Below are positions 32,811 through 41,781 of a stretch of DNA of 41,894 nt, one piece after another. Under the pieces are notes generated by a model that was not told where the DNA came from, ran no database searches, and worked only from the letters and a program-made list of their open reading frames with translations. The first letter of the stretch is position 1. Every line of letters begins with the position of its first letter. The stretch comes from Candidatus Moraniibacteriota bacterium (GTDB taxonomy: Bacteria; Patescibacteriota; Minisyncoccia; Moranbacterales; UBA1568), in contig JBAWZR010000002.1 in assembly GCA_037142915.1 (NCBI GenBank), forward strand, positions 1-41,894, written 5' to 3'. A program made the position numbers and the translations under genes.

Positions 32811-35339
32811 GTGAATCAACCACCTCGTCATTTCCCGAAAAGAGTCCTTTCGGATATTCGTCCGCGTGTTTTTGTTGCGCCGCAACAGCCATCTTCTCAG
32901 GTTTTCCCTGAACGATTCAGTGAAATAAAAAGCGATCAAGAAGAAAGTTTTTTTGAGAGCGAGCCATCAAAGAATATATTGCAAGAAGAGAGTTGGCTCG
33001 GAGCGGAGACTTTTGGTGGAGGCGTGACTAACCCGGAGCGAGTGTCGATTGATGAGGATGCGACCTCACCACAAAAAAAATCGGTAATCGAGGAATCGGT
33101 GTTCTCGTCCGTACCGACTATTCCTATCGTGATGGGCGTCAAGCATTCCTTCAATGGCCGGATTTATCATGGTCATCGTATTACATCGCCTCCTCCCCCC
33201 GTCGAAGAGCCAGAGCAAATAGCTTTGCCTATCGAAGGCGAAGAAGAGTTTATTTCAGCTGTTGTATTTTCAGAAAAATTTTTCAAATTTACAGACCGAC
33301 TGAAAGAAGAATGGGGGATACTTCAAGAATCATCCGGTTTAGTTGGGCACACTCTTTTGAGGCAGTTGACCATGACCGCTCTGCTGCGACCAAAGCGGTT
33401 GGCGTTGGTTGCGAGTGTCGTGGCCGTAGTGTGGGGCGGTGCATTGGTGCATCGCGGTTTGGATTTGCGTGGTCAGGTTTTGGGTGTGTCGCAAACAGGA
33501 GTGAATCAACTCCAATCAGCGGTCGGGGATCTGAAGAATAAAAATTTTGATGGCTCACAACAGAGTTTTGAAAGTGCCGCTCAAGCATTCGGGGATGCAT
33601 CCCAACAATTGAATGATTGGAATAGTACTTTGGTGGAAATTTCACAGTTTATCCCAGGAGCTTCACAGCTCGCTTCGGGCAAATACGCGCTTGATGCCGG
33701 ACAGCATTTCGCGTTGGCGGGCGCAGCGATGAATCCTGTGATCAAGGATTCCCTCGATGCGTCTAAACAGGGATTGAATGGATTGCCACTGCTCGACCTC
33801 CTCCAAAAGAGTCAGGACGCGACCAAAACGGCACTTCAAGAACTCTCTCAGGCGCAGGAGGATCTCGCTAAGGTGAAAATCGATGATTTACCGGCAAACA
33901 AGCAAGCGCAATTTTTGCAGATACGACAAAATCTTCCGACCATCACGAATTCGATGCAGATTTTTCTCGATCAAAGTGCTCTTTTGGCTGATGTGTTCGG
34001 AGTCAATGGTCCTCGGAAGTATCTTTTCTTGCTTCAAAATAATCAGGAGGCTCGTGCTACTGGGGGTTTTATCGGCACCTATGCGTTGTTGGATATCAAT
34101 AATGGTCGCGTGCGGAAATTTTTCGTCGACGGAATTTTCAATCCCGACGGTCAATTGACACAGAATATCGTGCCACCATCGCCGCTTCAAAAAGTGAGTG
34201 GGGTGTGGAGTCTGCATGATAGCAACTGGTTTCCTGATTTTCCTCTGTCCGCGCAGAAGGCCATTTCGTTTTACGAAAAAACCGGTGGTCCGACCATGGA
34301 TGGTGTCATCACGCTTACGCCGACCGTTATCCAAAAACTTCTTACGCTCACGGGGCCAATCACACTCGATGAATATGGTGTCACTTTGGATTCCGATAAT
34401 TTTATGGCGCTGGTGCAGGATCAGGTCGAGTTTCATTATGACAAGGATGAGAACAAACCGAAAAAAATCCTTGCCGATCTCGTGCCATTACTCCTCGATC
34501 GTTTGGCGGGTATGCAGAGCATCGGTCAGGTGAAGGCGGCTCTTGCGATGATGGAAGCATCCCTCAATGAAAAACATATCTTGCTGTATTCGAGTCGGGA
34601 TACCATCGAGCAGAAAATCAAGGAAACCGGTTGGTCGGGTGAGGTGATCGATACGAAGCGGGATTATCTGAGTGTGATCAATACGAATATCAGTGGGTAT
34701 AAGACCGATGGCGTGATCGATCAGAGTATCCGACATCAAGCCGCTATTGCCGATGATGGTTCGATTGTCGATACGGTGACTATCACTCGACACCACACGG
34801 GTGGCAACACCCCGTATGATTTTTGGAACCGGGTGAATGCGGATTATATGCGCGTATTTGTTCCCGAGGGCTCGACTCTGCTCGACGCGAGTGGCTTTAC
34901 CCGGGAGACGGTGCAGTCACCACTGGATTACAAGGCGTTGAATTTTTCTACTGATCCGGATGTGGTTGCGGAGGAGAGTGGCACGACGGTGGATGAGAAA
35001 ACCGGCACTCGGATGTATGCACAGTCCGGTAAGACAGTGTTTGCCAACTGGGTGTATGTCAGTCCCGGTGAGACGGCCACGGTTTCGTATAAATATAAGT
35101 TACCGTTTCGTGTCGAGTCAGCGAATGATTCCGTTCGCGGTTCTTACAGTGTACTTTTTCAAAAACAATCGGGGTCGCTGGGGAGTAAACTCATCTCCGA
35201 AACAATATTTCCTCAATCGTGGAAGGTGTTGTGGAATACGGCAGATGAGGCTATCCATATTTCCGATACGGCATTAGGTTTTGACAAAGACTTGCAAACA
35301 GATCGGTTTTATGGGATAGTATTCGGGTATCCGAATTAG
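32811..35339 (+). CDS. DUF4012-domain envelope protein with a long N-terminal cytoplasmic region and one TM
   Basis: 842-codon ORF; only a GTG start (32811) is available. The TM is LALVASVVAVVWGGALV. PRKYLFLLQNNQEARATGGFIGTYALLDINNGRV...FVDGIFNPDG is the pattern I associate with DUF4012. Confidence 0.78.
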   Translation: MNQPPRHFPKRVLSDIRPRVFVAPQQPSSQVFPERFSEIKSDQEESFFESEPSKNILQEESWLGAETFGGGVTNPERVSIDEDATSPQKKSVIEESVFSSVPTIPIVMGVKHSFNGRIYHGHRITSPPPPVEEPEQIALPIEGEEEFISAVVFSEKFFKFTDRLKEEWGILQESSGLVGHTLLRQLTMTALLRPKRLALVASVVAVVWGGALVHRGLDLRGQVLGVSQTGVNQLQSAVGDLKNKNFDGSQQSFESAAQAFGDASQQLNDWNSTLVEISQFIPGASQLASGKYALDAGQHFALAGAAMNPVIKDSLDASKQGLNGLPLLDLLQKSQDATKTALQELSQAQEDLAKVKIDDLPANKQAQFLQIRQNLPTITNSMQIFLDQSALLADVFGVNGPRKYLFLLQNNQEARATGGFIGTYALLDINNGRVRKFFVDGIFNPDGQLTQNIVPPSPLQKVSGVWSLHDSNWFPDFPLSAQKAISFYEKTGGPTMDGVITLTPTVIQKLLTLTGPITLDEYGVTLDSDNFMALVQDQVEFHYDKDENKPKKILADLVPLLLDRLAGMQSIGQVKAALAMMEASLNEKHILLYSSRDTIEQKIKETGWSGEVIDTKRDYLSVINTNISGYKTDGVIDQSIRHQAAIADDGSIVDTVTITRHHTGGNTPYDFWNRVNADYMRVFVPEGSTLLDASGFTRETVQSPLDYKALNFSTDPDVVAEESGTTVDEKTGTRMYAQSGKTVFANWVYVSPGETATVSYKYKLPFRVESANDSVRGSYSVLFQKQSGSLGSKLISETIFPQSWKVLWNTADEAIHISDTALGFDKDLQTDRFYGIVFGYPN

Positions 35340-35365
35340 GGAGTTATGCGCTTGTTTTTCGAATT

Positions 35366-37003
35366 ATGCAACGATGGAAGCTTTTCGTGGAGCGATGTTA
35401 CCAGCCGATCCAGTCCGTGATGTTCTCGGCGGCAGTCATCGGGGTGGCGGGGATTTTGAGCCGATTACTCGGCTTATTTCGTGACCGATTATTGGCCTCG
35501 TCGTTTGGTGCGGGCGATACTTTGGACGCGTATTATGCCGCCTTCCGCATTCCTGATACGATTTATGGTCTCCTGATTGCGGGCGCTCTTTCGGCTGCCC
35601 TGGTGCCGGTATTCATCCAGACGCGGACGGAGAAGGGGGAATCTGCCTCATGGCGGTTGGTCTCGGACTTCCTTACGATATTAGTCGAGAGTATCTTCGT
35701 CATCACTCTTTTGGCGTTTCTTTTTTCGCCGGTGATTTTGAATTATCTTGTACCAGGATTTGTCGGTGAGAAGCGAGAGTTGACACTCGAACTCACGAGA
35801 ATTATGCTCTTGTCGCCATTAATTTTTGGTATGAGCGCCGTGTTCGGTGGTGTGCTCATCGCGCAGAAACAATTTTTCGTCTATTCGTTGGCGCCGCTCC
35901 TGTATAATGTCGGGATTATTTTCGGCATCCTCTTTGGTATTCCGTTGTTCGGAGTTTCGGCCTTGGGGTATGGTGTGCTTTTGGGTTCGTCTCTTCACTT
36001 TCTGTTGCAATGGCGGGCTGCGGCGCGATTGGGATATCATTTTCAAAGTCGGATTTTCTCCGCGTGGAAGGATAAGCTCGTGCGCCAGGTTATATGGTTG
36101 ATGATTCCGCGTTCGTTGGGGATGGCGATGAGTCAGGTCAGCCTTTTGTTGATCGCGTATTTTGCTTCTAGTCTTCCATCAGGGAGTTTGGCGGAGTTTT
36201 CGTTGGCGATCAATTTGCAGGCGGTGCCACTTGGATTGTTCGGGGTAGCTTTTTCATTGGCGGTATTTCCGACGCTCTCCCGCTATGCTGCCGAACAGGA
36301 TCTGACAGATTTTTTCTCTTTGCTGGCGAGTACGACCCGCCGTATTCTTTTTTTCGTTCTGCCGATGACCGTCCTCTTTATCGTTTTGCGGGCACAGATC
36401 GTCCGTATTGTTTTGGGTGGCGGTTATTTTAATTGGGAGGATACGATTCTGACATACAAGGTTTTGGGAATTCTCTCGCTCAGTCTATTTGCGCAGAGTC
36501 TCGTCCAACTTTTTTCGCGGGCTTTTTTCGCCCTGCACAATACGCGTACGCCATTGTTCGTTGCGGTCGTCAGTGAAGTGGTGCAGATTATTCTCCTCAT
36601 TACGCTGGTTCCGCGATTGGGGCTGCTCGCTCTGGCGGCGGCGTTTGCGATATCGAGTGTGGTTAATTGCGTGTTGCTTTACTGGTTGCTGCGCCGGCGA
36701 TTGTCGAGCGTGTGGCAGGAGCGATTGGTACTCGTGCCGACCGCCAAAATTCTCATTGCGTCATTGGGAGCGGGGATTGTTGCACAACTCACCAAGACAT
36801 GGTTCGGTCTCAATCTCAGTCCGCTCGACACCTTCGTGAGCGTGTTTTTCCAGGCGAGCATCACCACGCTGACCGCGCTCAGCATCTTCCTTATTCTGAG
36901 TCAGCTGATGCATATCGAAGAATTCGAATATCTCAAAAAGTTCATCCAAAAGAAAGTGCTCAACCAACCAACCACCCTTATGCCCGACGAAACCCACGGG
37001 TAA
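35366..37003 (+). CDS. murJ: Lipid II flippase MurJ (MviN family)
   Basis: The ORF shows LSRLLGLFRDRLLASSFGAGDTLDAYYAAFRIPDTIY and about 14 TM segments. An alternative start at ATG 35420 (MFSAAVIG...) would give a more typical N-terminus. Confidence 0.9.
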   Translation: MQRWKLFVERCYQPIQSVMFSAAVIGVAGILSRLLGLFRDRLLASSFGAGDTLDAYYAAFRIPDTIYGLLIAGALSAALVPVFIQTRTEKGESASWRLVSDFLTILVESIFVITLLAFLFSPVILNYLVPGFVGEKRELTLELTRIMLLSPLIFGMSAVFGGVLIAQKQFFVYSLAPLLYNVGIIFGILFGIPLFGVSALGYGVLLGSSLHFLLQWRAAARLGYHFQSRIFSAWKDKLVRQVIWLMIPRSLGMAMSQVSLLLIAYFASSLPSGSLAEFSLAINLQAVPLGLFGVAFSLAVFPTLSRYAAEQDLTDFFSLLASTTRRILFFVLPMTVLFIVLRAQIVRIVLGGGYFNWEDTILTYKVLGILSLSLFAQSLVQLFSRAFFALHNTRTPLFVAVVSEVVQIILLITLVPRLGLLALAAAFAISSVVNCVLLYWLLRRRLSSVWQERLVLVPTAKILIASLGAGIVAQLTKTWFGLNLSPLDTFVSVFFQASITTLTALSIFLILSQLMHIEEFEYLKKFIQKKVLNQPTTLMPDETHG

Positions 37004-37027
37004 TTTCAATGAGGATTATTTTTTTGT

Positions 37028-37056
37028 TTGTGTGTTTCGGAAAAACTCCTTATAAT
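37028..37056 (+). promoter_or_regulatory. Possible promoter for lysS
   Basis: The -35 is TTGTGT (37028-37033), the spacer is 17 nt, and the -10 is TATAAT (37051-37056). Confidence 0.35.
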
Positions 37057-37094
37057 AGGGGATAGAAGAGCGATATATTTTTCTTTTTTTCTTT

Positions 37095-38645
37095 ATGACT
37101 TCACCATCCATCCCGCAGGAAACGACTAATATTAACGATGAACGCGCCGTACGTTTGGATAAGCTGCGCCAGATCGAAGCGCTTGGTATTCACTCACATC
37201 CTGATCAGTTTGAAAAAACGCATACGGTCAGCGATATTCTCCAACATGGCGAGCAGGAGACTGTTCGATCTAATGAGGAAGTGCAGGCAAATCCTCAACC
37301 AGCTTTCCGTACTGCTGGACGTATCATCGGTCTCCGCCGTCACGGAAAAATGTTTTTTGCTGATATCCAAGATGAGACGGGTGTTTTGCAATTGTGTTTA
37401 TTCCAGAATGTTGTGGGTGAGAAAATCTATCAACAACTTTTCGATTTCTTGGATTTGGGTGATTTTATCGGTGTCTATGGTGAGTTGGCCACGACGCGAC
37501 AGGGGAAACTCGCCCTCGTGACGACGGAGGCGACCCTGCTCGGTAAGGCGCTGCGACCATTGGCCGGGAAATTTCACGGTCTCGAAGACACGGAGAAGAA
37601 GTATCGCCAGCGGTATTTGGATACCTTGGCCGATCGCGAATCATTCCATCGGTTCGTCGTTCGGAGTCGGCTCGTGCAATCCATCCGCACACGACTTCTT
37701 GGCAAGCACTTCACCGAAATTATGACCCGCACACTCCAACCGCAGGCTGGTGGCGCCGTGGCCAAACCGTTCCTCACGCACCACAATGCCCTCGATCAGG
37801 ATTTCGCATTGCGTATTTCGCCCGAGCTCGACCTCAAGACGGCTATCATCGCCGGGTTTGATCGAGTGTTCGAGTTCGCGACGAATTTTCGCAATGAGGG
37901 TATCGACCCGAGCCATTTACAGGAATTTCAGATGCTCGAGTGGTACTGCGCGTATGAAAACTTCGAGCGTGGCATCGAATGGACGACGGAAATTATGCGC
38001 GAATGCATACCCGAAGCCTTGGGCGCGAACACCTTCACCGTCTACGATCGACAGGGGACTGCTTGCGAAATCGATATCGCCGCTCCGTTTCGTCGTGTCA
38101 CCTTTGGCGAACTCCTTGCCGAACAGGGCGTGGACATATTCGCCTCGAAAGAAGAGTTGGCAGTTGTTGCGAGACAGAATGGTTTACTGGAAGAAGAGAT
38201 TCGTACCCGTTCGCGCGGTAACCTGCTCGATGAGATTTATAAGAAACTGGTGCGACCGAATATTATCCAGCCGACATTCATCACACATCACCCGGCCGAC
38301 CTGCTGCCTCTGGCACGGCAGAATGATGCCGACCCGCGGCTCGCAGATAGCTATCAACTGTTGATCGCTTCGTGGGAAGTGGTGAAGGGGTATAGCGAGC
38401 TCGTCGACTCGACTCGTCAGCGCGCGATGCTCGAGGAGCAATCCCGAGAGAAAGCCAGTGGCGATGAAGAAGCAATGTCTGTCAATGAGGAATACCTCGC
38501 CGCGATGGAGCACGGTATGCCGCCGATCACCGGTTGCGGTATCGGTATCGATCGCCTCGCCACCCTCATCACCGGGCAAAAAAACCTCCGCGATTGCGTC
38601 CTTTTCCCCTTGATGAAGCCTGATGACGGGTATGAATCTATCTGA
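37095..38645 (+). CDS. lysS: Lysyl-tRNA synthetase, class II
   Basis: 516-aa ORF with an OB-fold N-domain (GRIIGLRRHGKMFFADIQDETG) and class II motifs (FRNEGIDPSHLQEFQMLEWY and GCGIGIDRL). Confidence 0.95.
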   Translation: MTSPSIPQETTNINDERAVRLDKLRQIEALGIHSHPDQFEKTHTVSDILQHGEQETVRSNEEVQANPQPAFRTAGRIIGLRRHGKMFFADIQDETGVLQLCLFQNVVGEKIYQQLFDFLDLGDFIGVYGELATTRQGKLALVTTEATLLGKALRPLAGKFHGLEDTEKKYRQRYLDTLADRESFHRFVVRSRLVQSIRTRLLGKHFTEIMTRTLQPQAGGAVAKPFLTHHNALDQDFALRISPELDLKTAIIAGFDRVFEFATNFRNEGIDPSHLQEFQMLEWYCAYENFERGIEWTTEIMRECIPEALGANTFTVYDRQGTACEIDIAAPFRRVTFGELLAEQGVDIFASKEELAVVARQNGLLEEEIRTRSRGNLLDEIYKKLVRPNIIQPTFITHHPADLLPLARQNDADPRLADSYQLLIASWEVVKGYSELVDSTRQRAMLEEQSREKASGDEEAMSVNEEYLAAMEHGMPPITGCGIGIDRLATLITGQKNLRDCVLFPLMKPDDGYESI

Positions 38646-38648
38646 GGC

Positions 38649-38677
38649 TTGACAAATTTACTGAGAGATGCTAAAAA
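38649..38677 (+). promoter_or_regulatory. Canonical sigma70 promoter
   Basis: The -35 is TTGACA (38649-38654), the spacer is 17 nt, and the extended -10 is TGcTAAAAA(T). Confidence 0.6.
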
Positions 38678-38765
38678 TGGAGTACATTCCCTGGAGAAAA
38701 TTCTTGGGAATAAAAGTATTCATTAACAATATAACTGTAGTAAAAAAGCTCGGGAGGGCTTTGTC

Positions 38766-39674
38766 ATGAAAAAAATAGCTTTAAAAGTAATAATGATGGT
38801 TTGTGGACTGCTTGGCGCGGGGATTGCTCTGGCTGATAGCCCATTCATGATTGTGTACAAATATCAGGCATATACACAGGTGCCTAATCCGTACCGATCC
38901 GAGCTTGTGTTTACTCCAGGGTCGACAGCCTTGGGGACACAGTTCGTAACTGATGCGGTATCGCCGTATCCGAACGCAACCCTCAATGATCTTGGAGAGT
39001 CTCTTGATTTCTCGAAAATTAGACAGGCTTGTTTTGGGGATAACACGAACAACTGGACATGTCCTGCTAGTACGCCACTCAACAGGTGGGCGCACGGCGA
39101 GTACACCATCTTCACCTTGGGGAATACGCCCGAGGGGATGGTGAGCGCTACCACGGGTGGAAATGTCTATCTACTCTACCAATCTGATCAGCATGGTTTG
39201 CTCACCTTGTGGGCCAAGGGTGGGGATGGCATACTTCCAATGAACAGTATTCCAGCTCCGTGGCAAGCGACTTGGGAAAGTATTCCGTGGAGTCGAACGG
39301 CTGAGGGTAATATTAGTTTTGGCACGCCGATGCCTTCCTCGGTCGTATTCATAGCCAAAGAAGGAAGGCTAGTTGCCACCTTCGGTAGTAATGTTTTGGG
39401 GAGTAAGTTTTCTCGGACGGTATCGCTTGGAGCACGAGAGCTGGGAGTCGTGTGGAATGGTGTCGTCGCGGGCTGGAATGATCCTGTGAAAGGGTCGTTC
39501 AGTGTCGATGCGAACGGTAATGCGATTTTGACTATTGTAGGGCTTACGCCGAGTGATTGCGGGAACATTTCCGTGCCGTTATCGGTTGATAGGCCTTATC
39601 TGGTGCTCGATAAGTTTGACTCAATCGTAGGTGCTGGGAAGGGCAGTCAGGACATATGTCTTGACGGCAAATAG
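38766..39674 (+). CDS. Secreted hypothetical protein
   Basis: 302-aa ORF with a GGGAGGG SD. The signal peptide is MKKIALKVIMMVCGLLGAGIALA-DS. I recognised no family. Confidence 0.75.
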   Translation: MKKIALKVIMMVCGLLGAGIALADSPFMIVYKYQAYTQVPNPYRSELVFTPGSTALGTQFVTDAVSPYPNATLNDLGESLDFSKIRQACFGDNTNNWTCPASTPLNRWAHGEYTIFTLGNTPEGMVSATTGGNVYLLYQSDQHGLLTLWAKGGDGILPMNSIPAPWQATWESIPWSRTAEGNISFGTPMPSSVVFIAKEGRLVATFGSNVLGSKFSRTVSLGARELGVVWNGVVAGWNDPVKGSFSVDANGNAILTIVGLTPSDCGNISVPLSVDRPYLVLDKFDSIVGAGKGSQDICLDGK

Positions 39675-39721
39675 AAAGCTTAATGGTTGAAAAAACAACC
39701 AGATAGGCATAATGTAGTATG

Positions 39722-39762
39722 AGCGGGAAGAATTCTTACAAAAGAATTCGACCCGCTTTTTT
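39722..39762 (+). terminator. Intrinsic terminator
   Basis: AGCGGG-aa-GAATTCTT-acaa-AAGAATTC-ga-CCCGCT is followed by TTTTTT. Confidence 0.8.
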
Positions 39763-39790
39763 AATGGGAATGTTAAATTCAAAACGCCTA

Positions 39791-39818
39791 TTGACAGCGA
39801 GAGAAGAAGTGCTAAGAT
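39791..39818 (+). promoter_or_regulatory. Canonical sigma70 promoter driving a short transcript
   Basis: The -35 is TTGACA (39791-39796), the spacer is 16 nt, and the extended -10 is TGcTAAGAT (-10 at 39813-39818). Confidence 0.6.
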
Positions 39819-39824
39819 AGTCGT

Positions 39825-39905
39825 ATGAGTCACATCGCACACACAAATTTCTGGTTTAGTTTTTACTTTACGGAACTCCCTCGGGAGACTTGTGGTGTTG
39901 CGTGA
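39825..39905 (+). other. Candidate leaderless 26-codon sORF (MSHIAHTNFWFSFYFTELPRETCGVA) or small RNA
   Basis: The ATG lies 7 nt after the -10 hexamer, so the predicted TSS is about at the ATG. The TGA stop (39903-39905) abuts a T6 run. The 5' and 3' parts of the ORF can pair (39828-39846 with 39888-39905). Confidence 0.3.
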
Positions 39906-39929
39906 TTTTTTCTGAATCAAGCAATACAG

Positions 39930-39956
39930 ACGGGTCCCTCGCGGGATCTGTTTTTT
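39930..39956 (+). terminator. Intrinsic terminator (second in tandem)
   Basis: ACGGGTCCC-tcgc-GGGATCTGT has a 9-bp stem including 2 G-U pairs and is followed by TTTTTT. Confidence 0.7.
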
Positions 39957-40015
39957 GTTTGGTTGGAAATCAATGAACAGTTCGTTTACAATTTTACAAT
40001 TAGGGTAGGTGGGTT

Positions 40016-40381
40016 ATGAAAACGCGAGAATATTCTGCAGTGGACAGAATAAAAAATCCATGGGATGCGGTCGACCGTTTGGTAGTGGTCAAAGGTCAGA
40101 CTGTGGGATGGGAGGCTGTGCCCATTGAAGCACAACAAGGACAAGATTTGGTAATGGTAGAAGTTAAGACCGTGCAGGAGGTTATACCGGCGGGAAGTGC
40201 AGGGTATAATCCTGGGTTGCTCGTACACAAACGGCATTTAGACGCCTTCCCCGAGAGAGAGTATTATTTCTACCTAGAAGGGAAAATAATAAGTGAAGAG
40301 AATCCATATCAAAATGGGCAGCCAGTCAGGTTTTGTGTTATTCCGGATTCATGTCTCTATGTTATTTGTGAGGGGAACTAA
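40016..40381 (+). CDS. Hypothetical 121-aa cytoplasmic protein
   Basis: The ORF has an AGGTGG SD 4 nt upstream and a strong terminator downstream. I recognised no motif. Confidence 0.7.
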   Translation: MKTREYSAVDRIKNPWDAVDRLVVVKGQTVGWEAVPIEAQQGQDLVMVEVKTVQEVIPAGSAGYNPGLLVHKRHLDAFPEREYYFYLEGKIISEENPYQNGQPVRFCVIPDSCLYVICEGN

Positions 40382-40396
40382 ATATGTTCTCCTTCC

Positions 40397-40427
40397 GGCT
40401 CGTCGAAAACTATCGACGAGCCTTTTT
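40397..40427 (+). terminator. Intrinsic terminator
   Basis: GGCTCGTCGA-aaacta-TCGACGAGCC has a 10-bp perfect stem and is followed by TTTTT. Confidence 0.85.
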
Positions 40428-40465
40428 CTTTGGGCTATTTTTCGTTTTTGGGCTATGATGAAGGT

Positions 40466-41275
40466 ATGAAAAAGCAAACGAAAGTAAACATATGGGTGGG
40501 GGGAGTTTGTCTGATACTAGCAGTGTCGGGTTGGTTGTGGTTTGTTTACTTCGTAAAGACGGGTAAGAATATTCCTGTAGTGGAAAATACGGAGGTTATT
40601 GAAAAAAAGATAAATCTTCCAACTAAAGAAGAACCGCCTCCGGTGATAAATATCCCAGAACAAGTATCGTCCGCAAAAACAGTTGTCATGGATACTGAGA
40701 AAATGCAGTCTGTACCGTTTACCTCGCAGGCGCCACGTGGTCAGTGGAGTACCGCGATGTTTCAGGATGCGTGCGAGGAAGCGAGTGTGTTGATGGCGTA
40801 TGCGTGGACACAAGGGCAGACAAAATTGACAGCTCATGAAGTGGATCGGGATATTCGGGCGATGTCGGCGTGGGAGATTAAGCGTTTTGGCCAGGATGTC
40901 GACCTCTCGCCCGAGGATACGGCGGTGTTGATGCGGGAGTATTGGAAATGGCAGAATGTTTCGGTGCAGGATGGTATTTCGAAACAGGATATCATCAATG
41001 TTTTGTATGATGGTGCTGTGGTGATCGTGCCGACGAATGGCAAGGCCTTGAAGAATCCATTCTTCACAGATGGTGGTCCGGCTGAACATATGCTCGTAAT
41101 CATCGGGTACGACCCGAAGCAAAAACAATTTATCACGAATGATCCGGGGACGAAGTATGGTGCGGGCTATCGGTACGATGAGAATGTGCTTTATGGGGCT
41201 ATTCGTGCCTATCCGACGGGGGATCACTTGCCGATAGTCGGTGTGCGGAAAGCGATGATCGTGGTGACGAAATAA
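40466..41275 (+). CDS. Membrane-anchored C39-like (Peptidase_C39_2 / YvpB-like) cysteine peptidase-fold protein
   Basis: I chose the start at ATG 40466 (MKKQTKVNIWVGGVCLILAV...); the track start 40430 is a TTG inside the terminator tail. VPFTSQAPRGQWSTAMFQDACEEASVLMAYAW and a later HMLVIIGYD...FITNDPG fit the Cys...His arrangement of C39-like domains. Confidence 0.6.
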   Translation: MKKQTKVNIWVGGVCLILAVSGWLWFVYFVKTGKNIPVVENTEVIEKKINLPTKEEPPPVINIPEQVSSAKTVVMDTEKMQSVPFTSQAPRGQWSTAMFQDACEEASVLMAYAWTQGQTKLTAHEVDRDIRAMSAWEIKRFGQDVDLSPEDTAVLMREYWKWQNVSVQDGISKQDIINVLYDGAVVIVPTNGKALKNPFFTDGGPAEHMLVIIGYDPKQKQFITNDPGTKYGAGYRYDENVLYGAIRAYPTGDHLPIVGVRKAMIVVTK

Positions 41276-41303
41276 GGCTGATAGAATGAGTGATCTTGAG
41301 GTC

Positions 41304-41333
41304 TTGACAAAGTACCAATAAGTATGCTATAGT
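41304..41333 (+). promoter_or_regulatory. Canonical sigma70 promoter
   Basis: The -35 is TTGACA (41304-41309), the spacer is 18 nt, and the extended -10 is TGcTATAGT (-10 at 41328-41333). Confidence 0.6.
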
Positions 41334-41388
41334 TTTGAGGTTATTTATCAACAACTACATCAACACAAACAACAAAAACCAGGAGAAG

Positions 41389-41721
41389 ATGATGAGCACA
41401 GAAGATAAAAGAAACATCAGCGTAAGTTGGATGGATGGAAAGGAATGGCTGAATCTCGCGATTGAGGAGAAAGCAGCTGGTCAGCTAAGAGAGATGGCGA
41501 AATTTTTGGATAACGAAAGCTCAGAGGAAAAAATATCGACTCTGGGGGCTGCCGCCAATAATAAGAAAAAAGCTGTAGAATTAGCGTTTGAAATTGGTTC
41601 AAAGGCGGTACTTCTCAAGGCTTTGCGGGAGGCGGTGAAGAATACTGATGATGTTATCACTATTTATTTAGTTGCAGAAAACCAAAGTGGGAAAAGATTG
41701 CAGGGAGTAAAAGTTTTATAG
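41389..41721 (+). CDS. Hypothetical 110-aa protein
   Basis: The ATG at 41389 has an AGGAG SD at 41381-41385; the track start 41335 is a TTG lying immediately downstream of the promoter -10 (41328-41333). The protein is helical and charged. I recognised no motif. Confidence 0.7.
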   Translation: MMSTEDKRNISVSWMDGKEWLNLAIEEKAAGQLREMAKFLDNESSEEKISTLGAAANNKKKAVELAFEIGSKAVLLKALREAVKNTDDVITIYLVAENQSGKRLQGVKVL

Positions 41722-41750
41722 GATTTCTGGCTAGTAGTTTTTCTGTCTCG

Positions 41751-41781
41751 ACCCGTTGGCAAATTTTGTCGGCGGGTTTTT
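41751..41781 (+). terminator. Intrinsic terminator
   Basis: ACCCGTTGGC-aaatttt-GTCGGCGGGT has a 10-bp stem including G-U pairs and is followed by TTTT. Confidence 0.65.

Noticed and set aside
39621-39920. 99-aa minus-strand ORF spanning the 39.7-39.9 kb intergenic region.
   Set aside because: It runs antisense through a terminator, a consensus promoter and the sORF/hairpin region. It has no SD, and its product is low-complexity.
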